NCBI GenBank assembly: GCA_000004985.1
Contig: GG738849.1
Reading direction: 5' to 3' (one strand)
Length of the DNA: 64,000 bases
From: Naegleria gruberi
Taxonomy: Eukaryota
In this document: piece after piece, positions 12,801 through 23,774 of the stretch
Position numbering within the stretch: position 1 is the first letter of the stretch
Layout: the number at the start of each line of letters is the position of its first letter
The notes under the pieces: generated by a model
The model's database searches: none
Told to the model about the DNA's origin: nothing
The model's input: the letters and a program-made list of their open reading frames with translations, nothing else
Made by a program: the position numbers and the translations under genes

Positions 12801-13435
12801 ACATATTAGAAAGGGAAAGAATGGCAAAATGGGGAAAGGTATTTTCTCTTGCTCAAAAACTTTCGAATTATGGCAATATCCGAGGAATTCCACTCTCTAT
12901 TAGTACTATTGACCAAGAGGTAGGATTGGATAAAGATATGAAAAATCAAGCCTCAATCTTTCGGCAATTTCACATATCTCAATCGACGCTGTCAGAAACT
13001 CGATCTTCTTCCCCTAACAAATCTAGAACAGCATCAAGAGCTTCACATAGAAATCCTGACATTGTAAATAACAGGTTAGAAGATTACCCATATGGAATTA
13101 ATAAGAGATCAGAGAGCGTTGGTCCCTTCATTGTTGAATATGCAGATCCTGTCAATGAATCAACACTTTCAAGATTAAGTGCCATACCAACAATCTCACC
13201 AAAGAAGACTTTACCAAAATTATTTACCACATCTCTTCATACTAGTCAGAACTCTTCATTGAACAATACCAAAGATTCAAGTATACTCAAAGGGAATTCA
13301 GATATCTTGTTGGGAAGAATGAGTGCTCCTTTAGTGAGACCAAGGAAAAAGAAAGAAAATCAAACTATGGAATCTAATGATTACAGACAGTTTCTCAACC
13401 CATACAAGCAACATCAAAAAAAACCATTCATGTAA
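9879..13435 (+). CDS. Large coiled-coil protein (about 1150 aa) with acidic N-terminus. Proposed exons 9879-10061, 10127-12503, 12546-13435.
   Basis: ATG at 9879 (AAAAAAATGG). Donor GTAAGG at 10062, acceptor ACAAAG at 10126. Donor GTATGT at 12504, acceptor GAAAAG at 12545 (42-nt intron). All three track ORFs are in compatible frames once spliced. Heptad-rich K/E sequence. No recognisable enzymatic domain. Confidence 0.45.
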
Positions 13436-13478
13436 TAATATATTTTCTTAATTTATGTAAATGCTGGTTTATGATAAA

Positions 13479-15995
13479 TTATGGATCGAAATAATTTCCA
13501 GATATTGGTCCACCAGCGGTACTGCTTGTTTCAATGTTCGTTTCAGTCTTTAATAATCCATAATCACGACGTGATTCAACTCTCTTTAATTTCTTGATTT
13601 CTTTCTTATATTTCCTGAGCATGGATCTTCTCTCCAAAAAGTTTGAATGTTGCTTAAAGTCCTGATCATAAGAAGTAGGTTCAAGATCAATTAAAGTTCC
13701 ATAAAAACCTCTGTGACGTCCCATTACAAGAACAATACACAAGATAACTTTGGAAAACGTTGTCCAAAATCCACAGTAAGCCAATGATGACCCATCCTTA
13801 CCAACAGTCAATCCAGAGTTTGCATAGGCAGAAATAACTTCAAATAGGATGAAGAAAATAGAGAAACTCTTTGGATCTTCTTTCATGGAGTTATTTTCTG
13901 CAATAGAAATAATAAATACCATGATAATCATCCACATGTTACTTGTGGAGAGAATGGTAGCAAAGTAAAACCAAAAATCTGACAAGTATTTCACTAATAA
14001 TTTTCCAGATTTCTTTGCAAACTTTTTGAACTTTTGCATACGAGGAATAGAGGCATGATTAGATTCATCAACAGGTGGAGGAAGCATTGGATGCAAAGAT
14101 GTAACTGAGGCATTTCTTGAAAGAGTATAACCGTATACTCTCTTCTCTTCTTCTTCTAGTTCTACAATGGCTTCTTGTTCTCTTGTCGTTCTCTTTTGAA
14201 GTTTAACAAATACAACATCTTCGTTCTTGGCATTACTGGTTTCAGATTCCAAGTTATCATTATTTTCTGTGGCAGGAGTTTCAACACTGATTGTTGGTGG
14301 GCTGGATGGTTTGGTTTTGACTCTTCTTTCATTCTTGTGGGCAAACTTGATTGTTTTTTTTTCATCGTTGATATGTCTAACCATGTCCACTATCTTGTAT
14401 GCATTCTCTCTCAAACTACATGCCATTTGTGGTTTTGTATACATCATAATTATATAAACAGCAAGGGTAGGGAAAGAAAGTGTAAACAAGTCAATTGAAT
14501 TGAAACCACCAGTTCTAGCACTAATTGGATGGAATAAGGCGATTAAAATTCTTGTTGCTACAGATTTATCTGCCATTCTAGGACTACCCCAATCACACGC
14601 CAATGTAATAACAATACCAAAGACCAACAGTAAGATGGTGATAATACCATAAATTGTTGTCTGTATACCAGGAAACAAGTATGGTGAAAGGTGGTGATGT
14701 TTCTCTAAAATATATTTGAAAACAACCTTTCTTTTCGATGACATTTTGTAAATTATTACAAGAACATATCTCAACACCAGAGGGAAAAGAACATTTCCTA
14801 AAATGATAAGAATACCAACAGTCATACAAATTACCCAATCATCCACAAAATTGCCTAAATTTTCGTCCAACAGTGTAGATCCGCAATTGTTAAATGCACT
14901 AACAGCAATGTAAAGACCTAGCCAGAATGGACTCTTGCCGTGCATGTATTTTTCCTCATTGTACATTCCTGCAAAAACGCCTCCCAAAATTAGAAAACCA
15001 ACACTATTAATTACTACAACTAGAATGAAGGTTATAGAGTGTAGCCATAATAAAGCAGAATATTCAATGTCACTGTGAGGAAATCTTTCCTTTTGCTTAT
15101 TGGAAGTAAATTTTTGTTTCAGAGCACTAAAGAATGAAACAATTCGTGATTGGGCTGGAAAACTAACTGCTTCGTTTTGTGGGATAGTTGGTGGTAATTG
15201 TACCATAGTTGGTTGATACTTTGCTTCTTCTTCTCTAAGCTTGAACATTCTCTTTCTAGCTCTAAAAATCTTGATGAGAAGAATTGGAATCAAGGTAAAG
15301 TGCGGTCCTCCTGAAACAATTGCAAGAAACAAACTAACTTGGGATGGGACTGTAATATCAACAATTGGTTGAGTGACAAACCCAGCCAAACAAACATTTG
15401 CAAAGCTCATCAACAAGGCGTCAATATAGGGAATATTTGCTTTTGGGTTATTGAGCTCGAATACATAAATTAAAGTACCAAATAGGAATCCGCAAAAAAT
15501 AATATAAGCAATATGAATAGGTGCATAATATCTGTATAACCATTTAGGTTTCTTCTGTGTTGTAGCTTGTTCTCCACCATTTTCAAGATTATTCTTTGAA
15601 CGTTTGCAAAAATAAAAAGTACCCAAAGTTACTCTCAAAAACTGATCAATTTTAAATCCAAAATTATCATCACGGTCAACTTTTTCGTGACCCATATCCT
15701 CTTCAATTTCATTCAATTCCTTTTCTTCCTCCGATTCATTGTCAACATTTTCCATCATGGAATTTGGTTGATTTGAAAATGCACTACCCTGATAAGAAAC
15801 AGAGTCCTGGAATTGGTCTTCAAAACGTATGTTATTATGAAGATCGGTTGGTGTCGAGAGATATTGTTCCGCAGCCAATTCTCTTATACTAATATTATCC
15901 GTATTATTATTGTTTGTATTCTCCTCCAATTCGATGGAGGTTGTCGACGGTTCTAATGATGTCTTTTCTATGTTATTGCCAGTTGTAGTAGTCAT
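13479..15995 (-). CDS. Trk/Ktr/HKT-family cation (K+) transporter
   Basis: 838-aa multi-TM ORF, ATG at 15995. Repeated membrane-pore-membrane units and TrkH-like segments. N- and C-terminal hydrophilic extensions. Confidence 0.65.
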   Translation of the reverse strand: MTTTTGNNIEKTSLEPSTTSIELEENTNNNNTDNISIRELAAEQYLSTPTDLHNNIRFEDQFQDSVSYQGSAFSNQPNSMMENVDNESEEEKELNEIEEDMGHEKVDRDDNFGFKIDQFLRVTLGTFYFCKRSKNNLENGGEQATTQKKPKWLYRYYAPIHIAYIIFCGFLFGTLIYVFELNNPKANIPYIDALLMSFANVCLAGFVTQPIVDITVPSQVSLFLAIVSGGPHFTLIPILLIKIFRARKRMFKLREEEAKYQPTMVQLPPTIPQNEAVSFPAQSRIVSFFSALKQKFTSNKQKERFPHSDIEYSALLWLHSITFILVVVINSVGFLILGGVFAGMYNEEKYMHGKSPFWLGLYIAVSAFNNCGSTLLDENLGNFVDDWVICMTVGILIILGNVLFPLVLRYVLVIIYKMSSKRKVVFKYILEKHHHLSPYLFPGIQTTIYGIITILLLVFGIVITLACDWGSPRMADKSVATRILIALFHPISARTGGFNSIDLFTLSFPTLAVYIIMMYTKPQMACSLRENAYKIVDMVRHINDEKKTIKFAHKNERRVKTKPSSPPTISVETPATENNDNLESETSNAKNEDVVFVKLQKRTTREQEAIVELEEEEKRVYGYTLSRNASVTSLHPMLPPPVDESNHASIPRMQKFKKFAKKSGKLLVKYLSDFWFYFATILSTSNMWMIIMVFIISIAENNSMKEDPKSFSIFFILFEVISAYANSGLTVGKDGSSLAYCGFWTTFSKVILCIVLVMGRHRGFYGTLIDLEPTSYDQDFKQHSNFLERRSMLRKYKKEIKKLKRVESRRDYGLLKTETNIETSSTAGGPISGNYFDP

Positions 15996-16348
15996 TTCAG
16001 ACCAGATTCGTATTGTTGATGATTATCGAACTTGTAGCGCATAAACTAACGTTGAGAGAGGACACTTGTGTGCTTAGGTAATGATAAACAGTGTTATTTT
16101 TTTAATACGTCAACAAGTAATCCTTCTCTGGATATTATTGCTTTTTACTCTGTTTTTTTATTATTTAATTAAAAACGAGTTTGGATGATGGCACTGTTAG
16201 GATTATTATTGGTGCTACAAAAAACTGTAATAATACTGAGTTGAAAAATTAGTTTATTATTTTGATGTAGTAGTTGGTTCTTCCTAACCTTCTTTTGTTC
16301 TGTTAAAATCAACAAATAATTTAATAACAAAAAGGTGGAGGCTGATTG

Positions 16349-17107
16349 TCAGACATAAATATAATGATTATCATCCAACTTTGCACCATCCTTGGATAGG
16401 TATTGGCCATCCACAAATACTACTTCCCTTCTAAAGCCCTGGTCCTTCTTTAACCAAGCTTTAATTTTAAAAGTAACTATCGGAATGAAAATCATTAAAC
16501 TCAAGCTTGTGATAATGAAACATCCGAATATTGCCATTGAAATTAGAATACTTGTGGGAGAGTTGATCTTTTCCAATAATTCCTTTCCAGAATCAACATT
16601 CTTATTTATGGAGACAAAATAAGATGTTGTTGGTGTAGAATTTGTTGCAATATAACAATTAAATAATTCTCCATTCCCAACAATACTATTCGTAATAATG
16701 ACAGAATCGGTTAAATTTCTAACAATAACAGTATTCCAATTCAATTTTGATAAAATTGCTAGTGATGTATTGGGAAATTTGTAAGGATAGTCATTCCAAA
16801 TCACTACCTTTGGATAGCACATTTTAACATTGGTACAACTTCTTGAAAAGCAATGTCTTTCAATAGTGCATTGATTATCACGATCCATCATCAAACATGT
16901 TATATTATAATTATTTGAGTTGATAACTCTATCCCGATCAATGATCCAAATGTCTTTACTAGCTTCCAATCCCGATAAAACTGCAGCTAAATAGCCTCCA
17001 CAAATTATGAAGGAAATGAATGCAATTGTTGCAACAAAACAACCAAATTTTTCGCAAAATTGCTTGCACAACAGATGATGTTTAAAAGAGAACAGTTTCG
17101 AATTTTT
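16349..17107 (-). CDS. Two-TM, Cys-rich membrane protein of unknown function. No in-frame ATG before the upstream stop.
   Basis: N-terminal signal anchor (FVATIAFISFIICGGYLAAVL), Cys/Asn-rich ectodomain, C-terminal TM plus basic tail. The reading frame is open from 17107 down to 16349, but the minus strand between 17072 and 17185 contains no ATG at all. Confidence 0.4.
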   Translation of the reverse strand, partial: KNSKLFSFKHHLLCKQFCEKFGCFVATIAFISFIICGGYLAAVLSGLEASKDIWIIDRDRVINSNNYNITCLMMDRDNQCTIERHCFSRSCTNVKMCYPKVVIWNDYPYKFPNTSLAILSKLNWNTVIVRNLTDSVIITNSIVGNGELFNCYIATNSTPTTSYFVSINKNVDSGKELLEKINSPTSILISMAIFGCFIITSLSLMIFIPIVTFKIKAWLKKDQGFRREVVFVDGQYLSKDGAKLDDNHYIYV

Positions 17108-17185
17108 TTAATAATTTTTATTAATAACTGGGAGGTGGTTAGAGCGGTTTGAAAAAGGTTCCCGCTACAAAGTTCTACAAAAAAA

Positions 17186-17628
17186 ATGGAAGACTTGAAA
17201 TTAACGTTCGATGAGGAATATAACTTGAGAGTGTTTGACCCAGCCAAGTTTAGTACTTCCGAGATGATGAAGACCAAATCGGAGGAGTTTGCTTCCAGTA
17301 AGTGTTGTATGGAAGGATTTAATTTAATAATTCATGTGAAGAGATTAAGGATTTTCAGAAACTTGTTGCTGAAGTAATGCAAATATTGAACAATCAGGGG
17401 AAAACAATTGAAGATGAAAAATTAAAAGCCATTGGTATGAGAAATCTTGTTAAAGGGGAGGAGGATCGAAGAAAGAATTTATTGAGAGAATACAACCAAT
17501 TAATAACAGACAAGCACACAGAATTGGAGAGGTATATTGATGAATTGGAGTCGCTGAAAAAAGTTGACCAAGAACAAAAGAAGCTTATTGAAAGATTGAG
17601 CAACAATGAGCCAACAGATTTAGATTAA
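17186..17628 (+). CDS. IFT20: Intraflagellar transport protein 20 (IFT20). Two exons, 17186-17297 and 17342-17628.
   Basis: ATG at 17186 (AAAAAAAATGG). GTAAGT donor at 17298, AG at 17340-41 (44-nt intron). Spliced product MEDLKLTFDEEYNLRVFDPAKF...KIKDFQKLVAEVMQILNNQ...EKLKAIGMRNL...LERYIDELESL aligns along its length with IFT20 (GLHFDELNKLRVLDP...KMKAIGARNLLK...). Confidence 0.7.
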
Positions 17629-17713
17629 AAATTGTAAAGAATATATTGAAATTGTAAATTATGATTAATTATTAAATTATTTTCGAATATGATTTATTGT
17701 TTCTGATAAATAT

Positions 17714-18619
17714 TTACACCCTGTGAGCCTCTAGTAATGGAGCTTCTTTCTTCCTGTCAACTGTAAAGAACCTAATGATGGTGACAATAATACAAATAGT
17801 AAAGAAAATTACTGGAATTGCAAAAGAAGCACCAATGATAGTACCAATCAACCAACTCTCCATTAAATTATATGGAATGTAACACATGGTATAACTTGAA
17901 GCTTGGAAATTGAAACCAGCTTTCAGCAATTCATCAGCAACAAGAGTGGTATTGAACTCGACTGTTTGATTGGCTGGGAGAGTAAAATGGGAGCTTGGGA
18001 ATGTCTTCTTGCTGGAAGCAATGTATGGTTCAATAGGCACACTTGACAAGCCATCAGCATGAGTAAAAGAAAGGAAAACAGATTCAACTGGAATTGAAAA
18101 TTGGAGAGGATAATTTACAGTGGTCATTGTTGTATCTGTAGTATTTGAAATAAATCCAATGGTACCAAGCATCTTGTAAGAAAGAACAATATTCAATACG
18201 GTACTCTTTGGTAAACTATCCAATGCTGAGAAACTGACTGCAATTACTTGAGCTGTTGCAGTACTTGTAACATCTATCTTGAAGACTTTCAAATCGGAAA
18301 TTTTAAATCCTGTTGGAGGAGTTCCCACAATTGTTGCCTTAACTGTATGAACCCACACATATTTAAGAGGAAGGTCTGTTGTTGGAATTTTTCTTTCGAA
18401 ACTTGTAACTCCATACGATGATGATACTAGTGTAATATTTTCGCTGACTGAAATCATACAGTCATCAGTACTACCTATTGTTATGGAACCTCGAAAGGAC
18501 TTGACAGAATCAAACTGTGCCGACACTAGAGAAAATAAAATTGTCATACTAAATACTAGGGCGAGAATAAACATGAGCGTTTTTCCTCTTGTAGTAGCAA
18601 TTCTATCATTTTTGAACAT
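17714..18619 (-). CDS. Type I membrane glycoprotein, unknown function
   Basis: Signal peptide, N-glycosylation sequons, single C-terminal TM (LIGTIIGASFAIPVIFFTICIIVTII), short basic tail. ATG at 18619. Confidence 0.45.
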   Translation of the reverse strand: MFKNDRIATTRGKTLMFILALVFSMTILFSLVSAQFDSVKSFRGSITIGSTDDCMISVSENITLVSSSYGVTSFERKIPTTDLPLKYVWVHTVKATIVGTPPTGFKISDLKVFKIDVTSTATAQVIAVSFSALDSLPKSTVLNIVLSYKMLGTIGFISNTTDTTMTTVNYPLQFSIPVESVFLSFTHADGLSSVPIEPYIASSKKTFPSSHFTLPANQTVEFNTTLVADELLKAGFNFQASSYTMCYIPYNLMESWLIGTIIGASFAIPVIFFTICIIVTIIRFFTVDRKKEAPLLEAHRV

Positions 18620-18908
18620 ATTCACTAGTGGTTTGAGGGAGATAGGAAAACGCCTTATTTTTTTTTAAAGTTTGTTTGACAAACGGTTTAAAGTACATCT
18701 GTAGTCAGAAATGGATTTGGCGCCATTTTCAATATCCCTTGATGGAATCTACTGGTCTTATTAATGTCTGTTCATTTAGGTATTTGAGAACATGATATAT
18801 TTTAATAATTGCTCAAAGACAATTGACTAGTATCATGATGAGAATACAAAACCTCTGAAATGAATATTTGCATACATCTAAGGCAAACTTGAATCACTAT
18901 AAAAAAAA

Positions 18909-20831
18909 ATGTCCTTCTTCTTTCGGAGAGGAAATCGTTCCACTAGTCAAAACAATAATCAGTCATCGGTGGCATCCATAAATTCAACATCGGATGATGA
19001 AGAGGAGGTGGCTACACCATCAATAACAGATCAGAATAAGGTATTAATTTCATCACCACGTTTCCGAAGTAGTAGCCTCTCACAACAGCAAAACAATCAA
19101 AGAACAGACGAAAGAATTGAGATTGCAGTGGAGGGTGATGATAGTGGCACCCCTTCAACTCTATCGAAAGTGGACATTAATAGAGTAGAACAATCGAGTG
19201 GATTATTGGAAATTCCTTCATCTGCCTACAAGAGAAAAATCTCATTCTCTGATGAATCAAGTCCAGAAACAACACCAACAAAAACAGCAACATCAGATAA
19301 TTTGTATAGTTCAGCACTTACTACTAAGGGTAATTATAAAGTGACACCAAATAGTAATAGAAGAGTTTTGAATAAGATTCCTTCCTCTCTCAGATTGGAT
19401 CCAAAAACATTTACAAGGAAGAACTCAACTCCTCAATTATTCACCTCCCCAAGAAATCCTTTATCATTATCTCTCTCTAAATTGAATGAAACAAAAATAT
19501 CATCCGAAAATATAAGCAATGTTGTGCTGAGTAGTAGGAGCTCCTCGCAGCTTGTAGTAATTATTGAAATAGGGAGAAAATATTTCAAGTGTGGAATATC
19601 TGGAGACTATTGCCCAAGAGTAGTTCTTCCTGTACCTTATGAACTTTCAGAAATGTTGTGTAAATGTAAAAATCATAATTTTAATATAGACCACATGAAA
19701 CAAGCCTTTTCCAGTTTTGAAAAAGATATTGGATCTTGTAATATAGAAACTGATGTAATTTTTGATGAGTATACACGAATTGGATTCGGGAACAGTATTG
19801 AAGATGATGCCTATTATGAAGAAAAACTGTCTCACCTTTTGGGAAAACTATTAAAGAGGATATTCATCGATGAACTCAAACTTCATTTGGATAGCATAGA
19901 TCATGTGGTAATTTTGGAGAATGTTTATTCACTACATGAAAATCTAGTGAGGAGAACAGTGGAAGACATGTGCAATAGAAAACGATTTTCCAAACTGAAA
20001 GGAATTAAATTTATCAATGCTCAAAGTTGTGCCCTAATACCTAGCTCTTGCTCGGTAAAATTTCAAACAGCAAATGATAGCAACAAATTGCTTTCTCCAC
20101 CCATCCTAAGTTTGACTTCGAGGAAAGGAAACGAAGAGATGGATGTAAATGGCTTGGTTATTGATTGTGGATTTTCAGAATGTAAAATTGTACCAGTCTT
20201 GTTTGGATGTATTGTGCAGGCTGGTGTGGTAGTTGTTGACACTGGATCAAAACATATTCTTCGACGATTGAAGGACAATTTGATGAAAATGAATCCAAAA
20301 GAATCACTGACACCTCAGCACTGTGACCATGTGGATCTCAATAAGTTATTCTATGAGCATGATGAAGGAGAAATGCTCAAGTATAGCAAACTGATGGATT
20401 GTGAAACAATGCTATTGGAAGATATTTTCACAAGAGTTTGTTATTGTGATGGTGAAGGAGATAATCCACTTGTTCCATTTTCAGATATTATTCAGTATTG
20501 GAATGGCAGGTATTGTATCTCAATTACTGACGCCATCAGAAGAGAGGCTTGTGACATTTTATTTGACCCTCTCATGGAAGGTATTGTGGAAAGTTTGAAA
20601 CGAATTGAAATTGATCCACGATCTAAAATTTTGAAAAACATTCTGGTATGTGGAGGTTTGGCTGAAATTGCTGGTTTCAAAAAGAAGCTCCTTAGAAGTT
20701 TGAGGGATATACTGAGTGAGCGAGATATGACAAGGAGTTGGTTGAAAAACATTGGAATCAATATGGATGATACAGTCTCTCATTCCATTCTCAATTGGTA
20801 TGGTGCCTCAATTATTTCCTCACAATTATAA
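18909..20831 (+). CDS. Actin-related protein (divergent Arp, Arp8-like architecture with ~200-aa Ser-rich N-terminal extension)
   Basis: Actin-fold phosphate-1 motif (LVVIIEIGRKYFKCGISGDYCPRVVLP, cf. actin [25 protein letters not shown]) and C-terminal VCGGLAEIAGFKKKL (cf. LSGGSTMFPGIADR). Confidence 0.5.
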   Translation: MSFFFRRGNRSTSQNNNQSSVASINSTSDDEEEVATPSITDQNKVLISSPRFRSSSLSQQQNNQRTDERIEIAVEGDDSGTPSTLSKVDINRVEQSSGLLEIPSSAYKRKISFSDESSPETTPTKTATSDNLYSSALTTKGNYKVTPNSNRRVLNKIPSSLRLDPKTFTRKNSTPQLFTSPRNPLSLSLSKLNETKISSENISNVVLSSRSSSQLVVIIEIGRKYFKCGISGDYCPRVVLPVPYELSEMLCKCKNHNFNIDHMKQAFSSFEKDIGSCNIETDVIFDEYTRIGFGNSIEDDAYYEEKLSHLLGKLLKRIFIDELKLHLDSIDHVVILENVYSLHENLVRRTVEDMCNRKRFSKLKGIKFINAQSCALIPSSCSVKFQTANDSNKLLSPPILSLTSRKGNEEMDVNGLVIDCGFSECKIVPVLFGCIVQAGVVVVDTGSKHILRRLKDNLMKMNPKESLTPQHCDHVDLNKLFYEHDEGEMLKYSKLMDCETMLLEDIFTRVCYCDGEGDNPLVPFSDIIQYWNGRYCISITDAIRREACDILFDPLMEGIVESLKRIEIDPRSKILKNILVCGGLAEIAGFKKKLLRSLRDILSERDMTRSWLKNIGINMDDTVSHSILNWYGASIISSQL

Positions 20832-20842
20832 ACATGACATAT

Positions 20843-22210
20843 TTATTTGTATTTAAAAACAATGTCATCAAAGAGTGGATTTTCAAAGCTGGCCTTGATA
20901 AGATCTCCCTTTTCTAATTCTCTTGACTTTCCAGTCATTGTACCACTAGAAATGATTTGACCTGCCAAAACATCACGACCAAATTCACCTGTAATTCTGT
21001 TAATACATTGCAGACAAGTATCTAATGGACCTTTAGTTTCATTTGGATCATATTGACCATTGCAAACGAAACTTCCCTTGGCCTTTGTATCAGATTCACC
21101 ATTCAAGAAGAGTTCAACATTTTCAAATGACAACTTGGCAACTTGTGTCTTATCGAAAGTTGATGGCTTTTCTGGAATGATTAAATTAATATGACCACCC
21201 AAATCAGCAATTCTTGTCAAGACACCTCCATTATTTTCAACATTATCAACTCTTGTACCAATAATTTCTACAACACCTTTAACATGATCCAATGCATCAA
21301 TTAATTCTTCCTTTGTATATGGTTCAGAACGAGCCTTTAAATCCTTAGCCAAAACAAAACCAAATTCAATTTCTACCATTGGTCCAAAGTTTGTCACATC
21401 TTCAACTTGAACAGATTCTGGATTTTTCAAAACTTGATGTTCAAAAATAGGTCCCAAGAATGGTTGCTTGATGTTCAATCTCACCAAAGCCTTTGGTTGA
21501 GTTGCTCCAATTTTCCATCCAACTAATTTCCAACCCTTTTCCTTTTCCAAGAGATCAATCAATCTCAATTGAGCATATTGAGCTTCAGTTTCAGATTTTG
21601 GAAGAATGTTTTGAGGGAATGTTAAAATAGTTCTATTTGCTAATTTTCTCTTTTTGATAGATTTGAAAGCGGCCATTGGTGTAACTTCATCAGGATCAAT
21701 TTTAGAGAGTGCTTCCTTGTTAAATTTGAGAACAGGAACATCTTCATCTTCATTTTGTGGCTTTCTTTCTTTAATTTCATTTTCTAATAACTTTTGAATG
21801 ATTTTATCATCTCTCAATGTAATTTCTTCAATTTGTTCCAAAGCTGATTTTTGTTTAGGATTAGTTTCAAGGAAATCTTGATAATTTTTATATTGAAATT
21901 TCATCAATAATCTTGCAATATATTCAATTCTTTTTTGTTCATCACTATTCCATTTATCTTGTTTAAACCACAATTGGAGTGGCTTTTCAAGTGGTTTATC
22001 AAGAATTTTGTTAATGTACTTTTTCTTTGGACGAGCTTGAGCAACCATTGGTTTTGCTTCTTCAAAGGAAGCAGCAGAAGCATTATCCTGTTGATTGAGA
22101 GTAATTTCCGATCTAGAGAAATTTCTAACAACAACATTGCTGAATAAATACTGTTGTTGTGGCGATGAGGAATTGGATAAAAGCCTTCTGATTGGGAGAG
22201 TTGTTTTCAT
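20843..22210 (-). CDS. Fumarylacetoacetate-hydrolase (FAH) family / 2-keto-4-pentenoate hydratase-like domain protein with N-terminal extension
   Basis: The C-terminal ~250 aa resemble MhpD/HpcG-type hydratase-decarboxylases (GPIFEHQVL...EIEFGFVLAKDL...GQIISSGTMTG). ATG at 22210. Confidence 0.5.
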   Translation of the reverse strand: MKTTLPIRRLLSNSSSPQQQYLFSNVVVRNFSRSEITLNQQDNASAASFEEAKPMVAQARPKKKYINKILDKPLEKPLQLWFKQDKWNSDEQKRIEYIARLLMKFQYKNYQDFLETNPKQKSALEQIEEITLRDDKIIQKLLENEIKERKPQNEDEDVPVLKFNKEALSKIDPDEVTPMAAFKSIKKRKLANRTILTFPQNILPKSETEAQYAQLRLIDLLEKEKGWKLVGWKIGATQPKALVRLNIKQPFLGPIFEHQVLKNPESVQVEDVTNFGPMVEIEFGFVLAKDLKARSEPYTKEELIDALDHVKGVVEIIGTRVDNVENNGGVLTRIADLGGHINLIIPEKPSTFDKTQVAKLSFENVELFLNGESDTKAKGSFVCNGQYDPNETKGPLDTCLQCINRITGEFGRDVLAGQIISSGTMTGKSRELEKGDLIKASFENPLFDDIVFKYK

Positions 22211-22480
22211 TTTGATTGAATTATTTTTTTTATTAAAATTTTTTAAATTTTGTTGTGATCCACATTTTCGAAAATTTTGGATAGCTGAGTTGTTTTGTAA
22301 TATTTATGAAAATTTAATTTTCCTGATACAGGATAATTCACTCTAATAATTGTTGGTCTAAGTGGCAACAATATATTTTAAAGGCTCTTGAGAGTGTATA
22401 AATAATTCAATTCTATTTTGACATGTTAAATGTTATTTTTAAAGAGCTAGAAGTTAAATAAAAGTAAAAATTGAAAGAAA

Positions 22481-23566
22481 ATGAATGAAGAAGGATTTTC
22501 CTCATTGTTGCAGCTAAGACATCAAACAGATTGCATTGGTGTTATTTTACAATTTTTTGGATTCAAGGAAAGAATTTGCAAGCTTTCTCTCGTGTGCAAA
22601 GATTGGATGAAACTCATCAAACAGCTGCCGATCAGAATCCATTTACATCAATACTCGAATTGGGTTGGTTGGGATGAATCAAATTCAAAAACTTATAGGA
22701 AAATGATCAAGAGTGAATTCTTGAATAATTTGATCGGTTTGGAAATGTCTGGATGTGTTTCCGAGGATGTGAAAAATGTTGTGAAGAAGTATTCAAAACT
22801 TGAGTATCTTTCTGTGCATAATTGTCATCCAAGAGGTGCATTTGCAGTTGCGAAATATCTCCCCAATTTGACTGCGTTGGATTTTAGTGAATCAAGAATT
22901 TTAAATATTGGTTCAATTTCTATTGTAAAGAGTGAAAATATGAGAAATTTAACAAGTTTAAATTTGGACTATTGTAAAGTTTCTGAAGTTTTTGCAAGAG
23001 AGCTTGTTAGTAGTCCTTATATGAACAATCTGAATAGTCTTTCTCTTAAATGTAATAATTTGAAAGTGGAAGGTGTCAAAATTCTTAGTCAAAGTCCAAT
23101 ACTTTCCAATCTAACATTCTTAAAATTAGAAAGAAATAGAATTGGAAAGGAAGGATTATCCTACCTATGTAATAGTATCCATATGAACAAATTAACCTCT
23201 CTCAATCTTAAAGGAAATTCATTAGGTGATGAAGGAATGGAAATTCTAACCTCTCACAATTCAATCCTCAAAAAACTAACTCTTTTGAATTTGAGTGGTA
23301 ATTCAATTACAGATGAAGGGATTAGAACGTTGGTAAATTCGCCAGATATGAGCAATTTGAGTTCTCTCTATTTGGGTAATAATGATGGTTATCGTGGATG
23401 GTTTAAGGTTTACAGTCTTTACAATAATTATACAAAACTAGCTGTCGAGATGATAGTTGAAAGTCCTTTTATGAAACAACTCAAAAATTTACAATTAATT
23501 CCTATGGCAGAGAAAGATAAGGTATTACTCAAATCTATTCCAAACCTAAAAATTGTTTCTAGATGA
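22481..23566 (+). CDS. F-box-like / RNI-type leucine-rich-repeat protein
   Basis: N-terminal F-box-like helix region followed by about 10 LRRs of the LxxLxLxxNxI(G/S)xxG type. Confidence 0.5.
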   Translation: MNEEGFSSLLQLRHQTDCIGVILQFFGFKERICKLSLVCKDWMKLIKQLPIRIHLHQYSNWVGWDESNSKTYRKMIKSEFLNNLIGLEMSGCVSEDVKNVVKKYSKLEYLSVHNCHPRGAFAVAKYLPNLTALDFSESRILNIGSISIVKSENMRNLTSLNLDYCKVSEVFARELVSSPYMNNLNSLSLKCNNLKVEGVKILSQSPILSNLTFLKLERNRIGKEGLSYLCNSIHMNKLTSLNLKGNSLGDEGMEILTSHNSILKKLTLLNLSGNSITDEGIRTLVNSPDMSNLSSLYLGNNDGYRGWFKVYSLYNNYTKLAVEMIVESPFMKQLKNLQLIPMAEKDKVLLKSIPNLKIVSR

Positions 23567-23774
23567 TTATAAAATTCCAATTATTTACTGAATCAGAATT
23601 ATTCATCACAATATTTTCTTTGTGAATTTTAATCCATTCAACTTGCTGTAATAAAGCACACTATGAAGACTTGTACAACATGAATCCTCAGTCTACTAGT
23701 ACATCTCCATAAATATCAAGGCATACCTTTCAAAACTATTTTGATTTTACACTTTCAGAGATATAATTGAAAAC

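Noticed and set aside
17186-17628. Two separate small genes (63 aa and 83 aa) as in the ORF track
   Set aside because: A GTAAGT donor at 17298 and an in-phase AG at 17340-41 fuse them into a single product that aligns along its length with IFT20.
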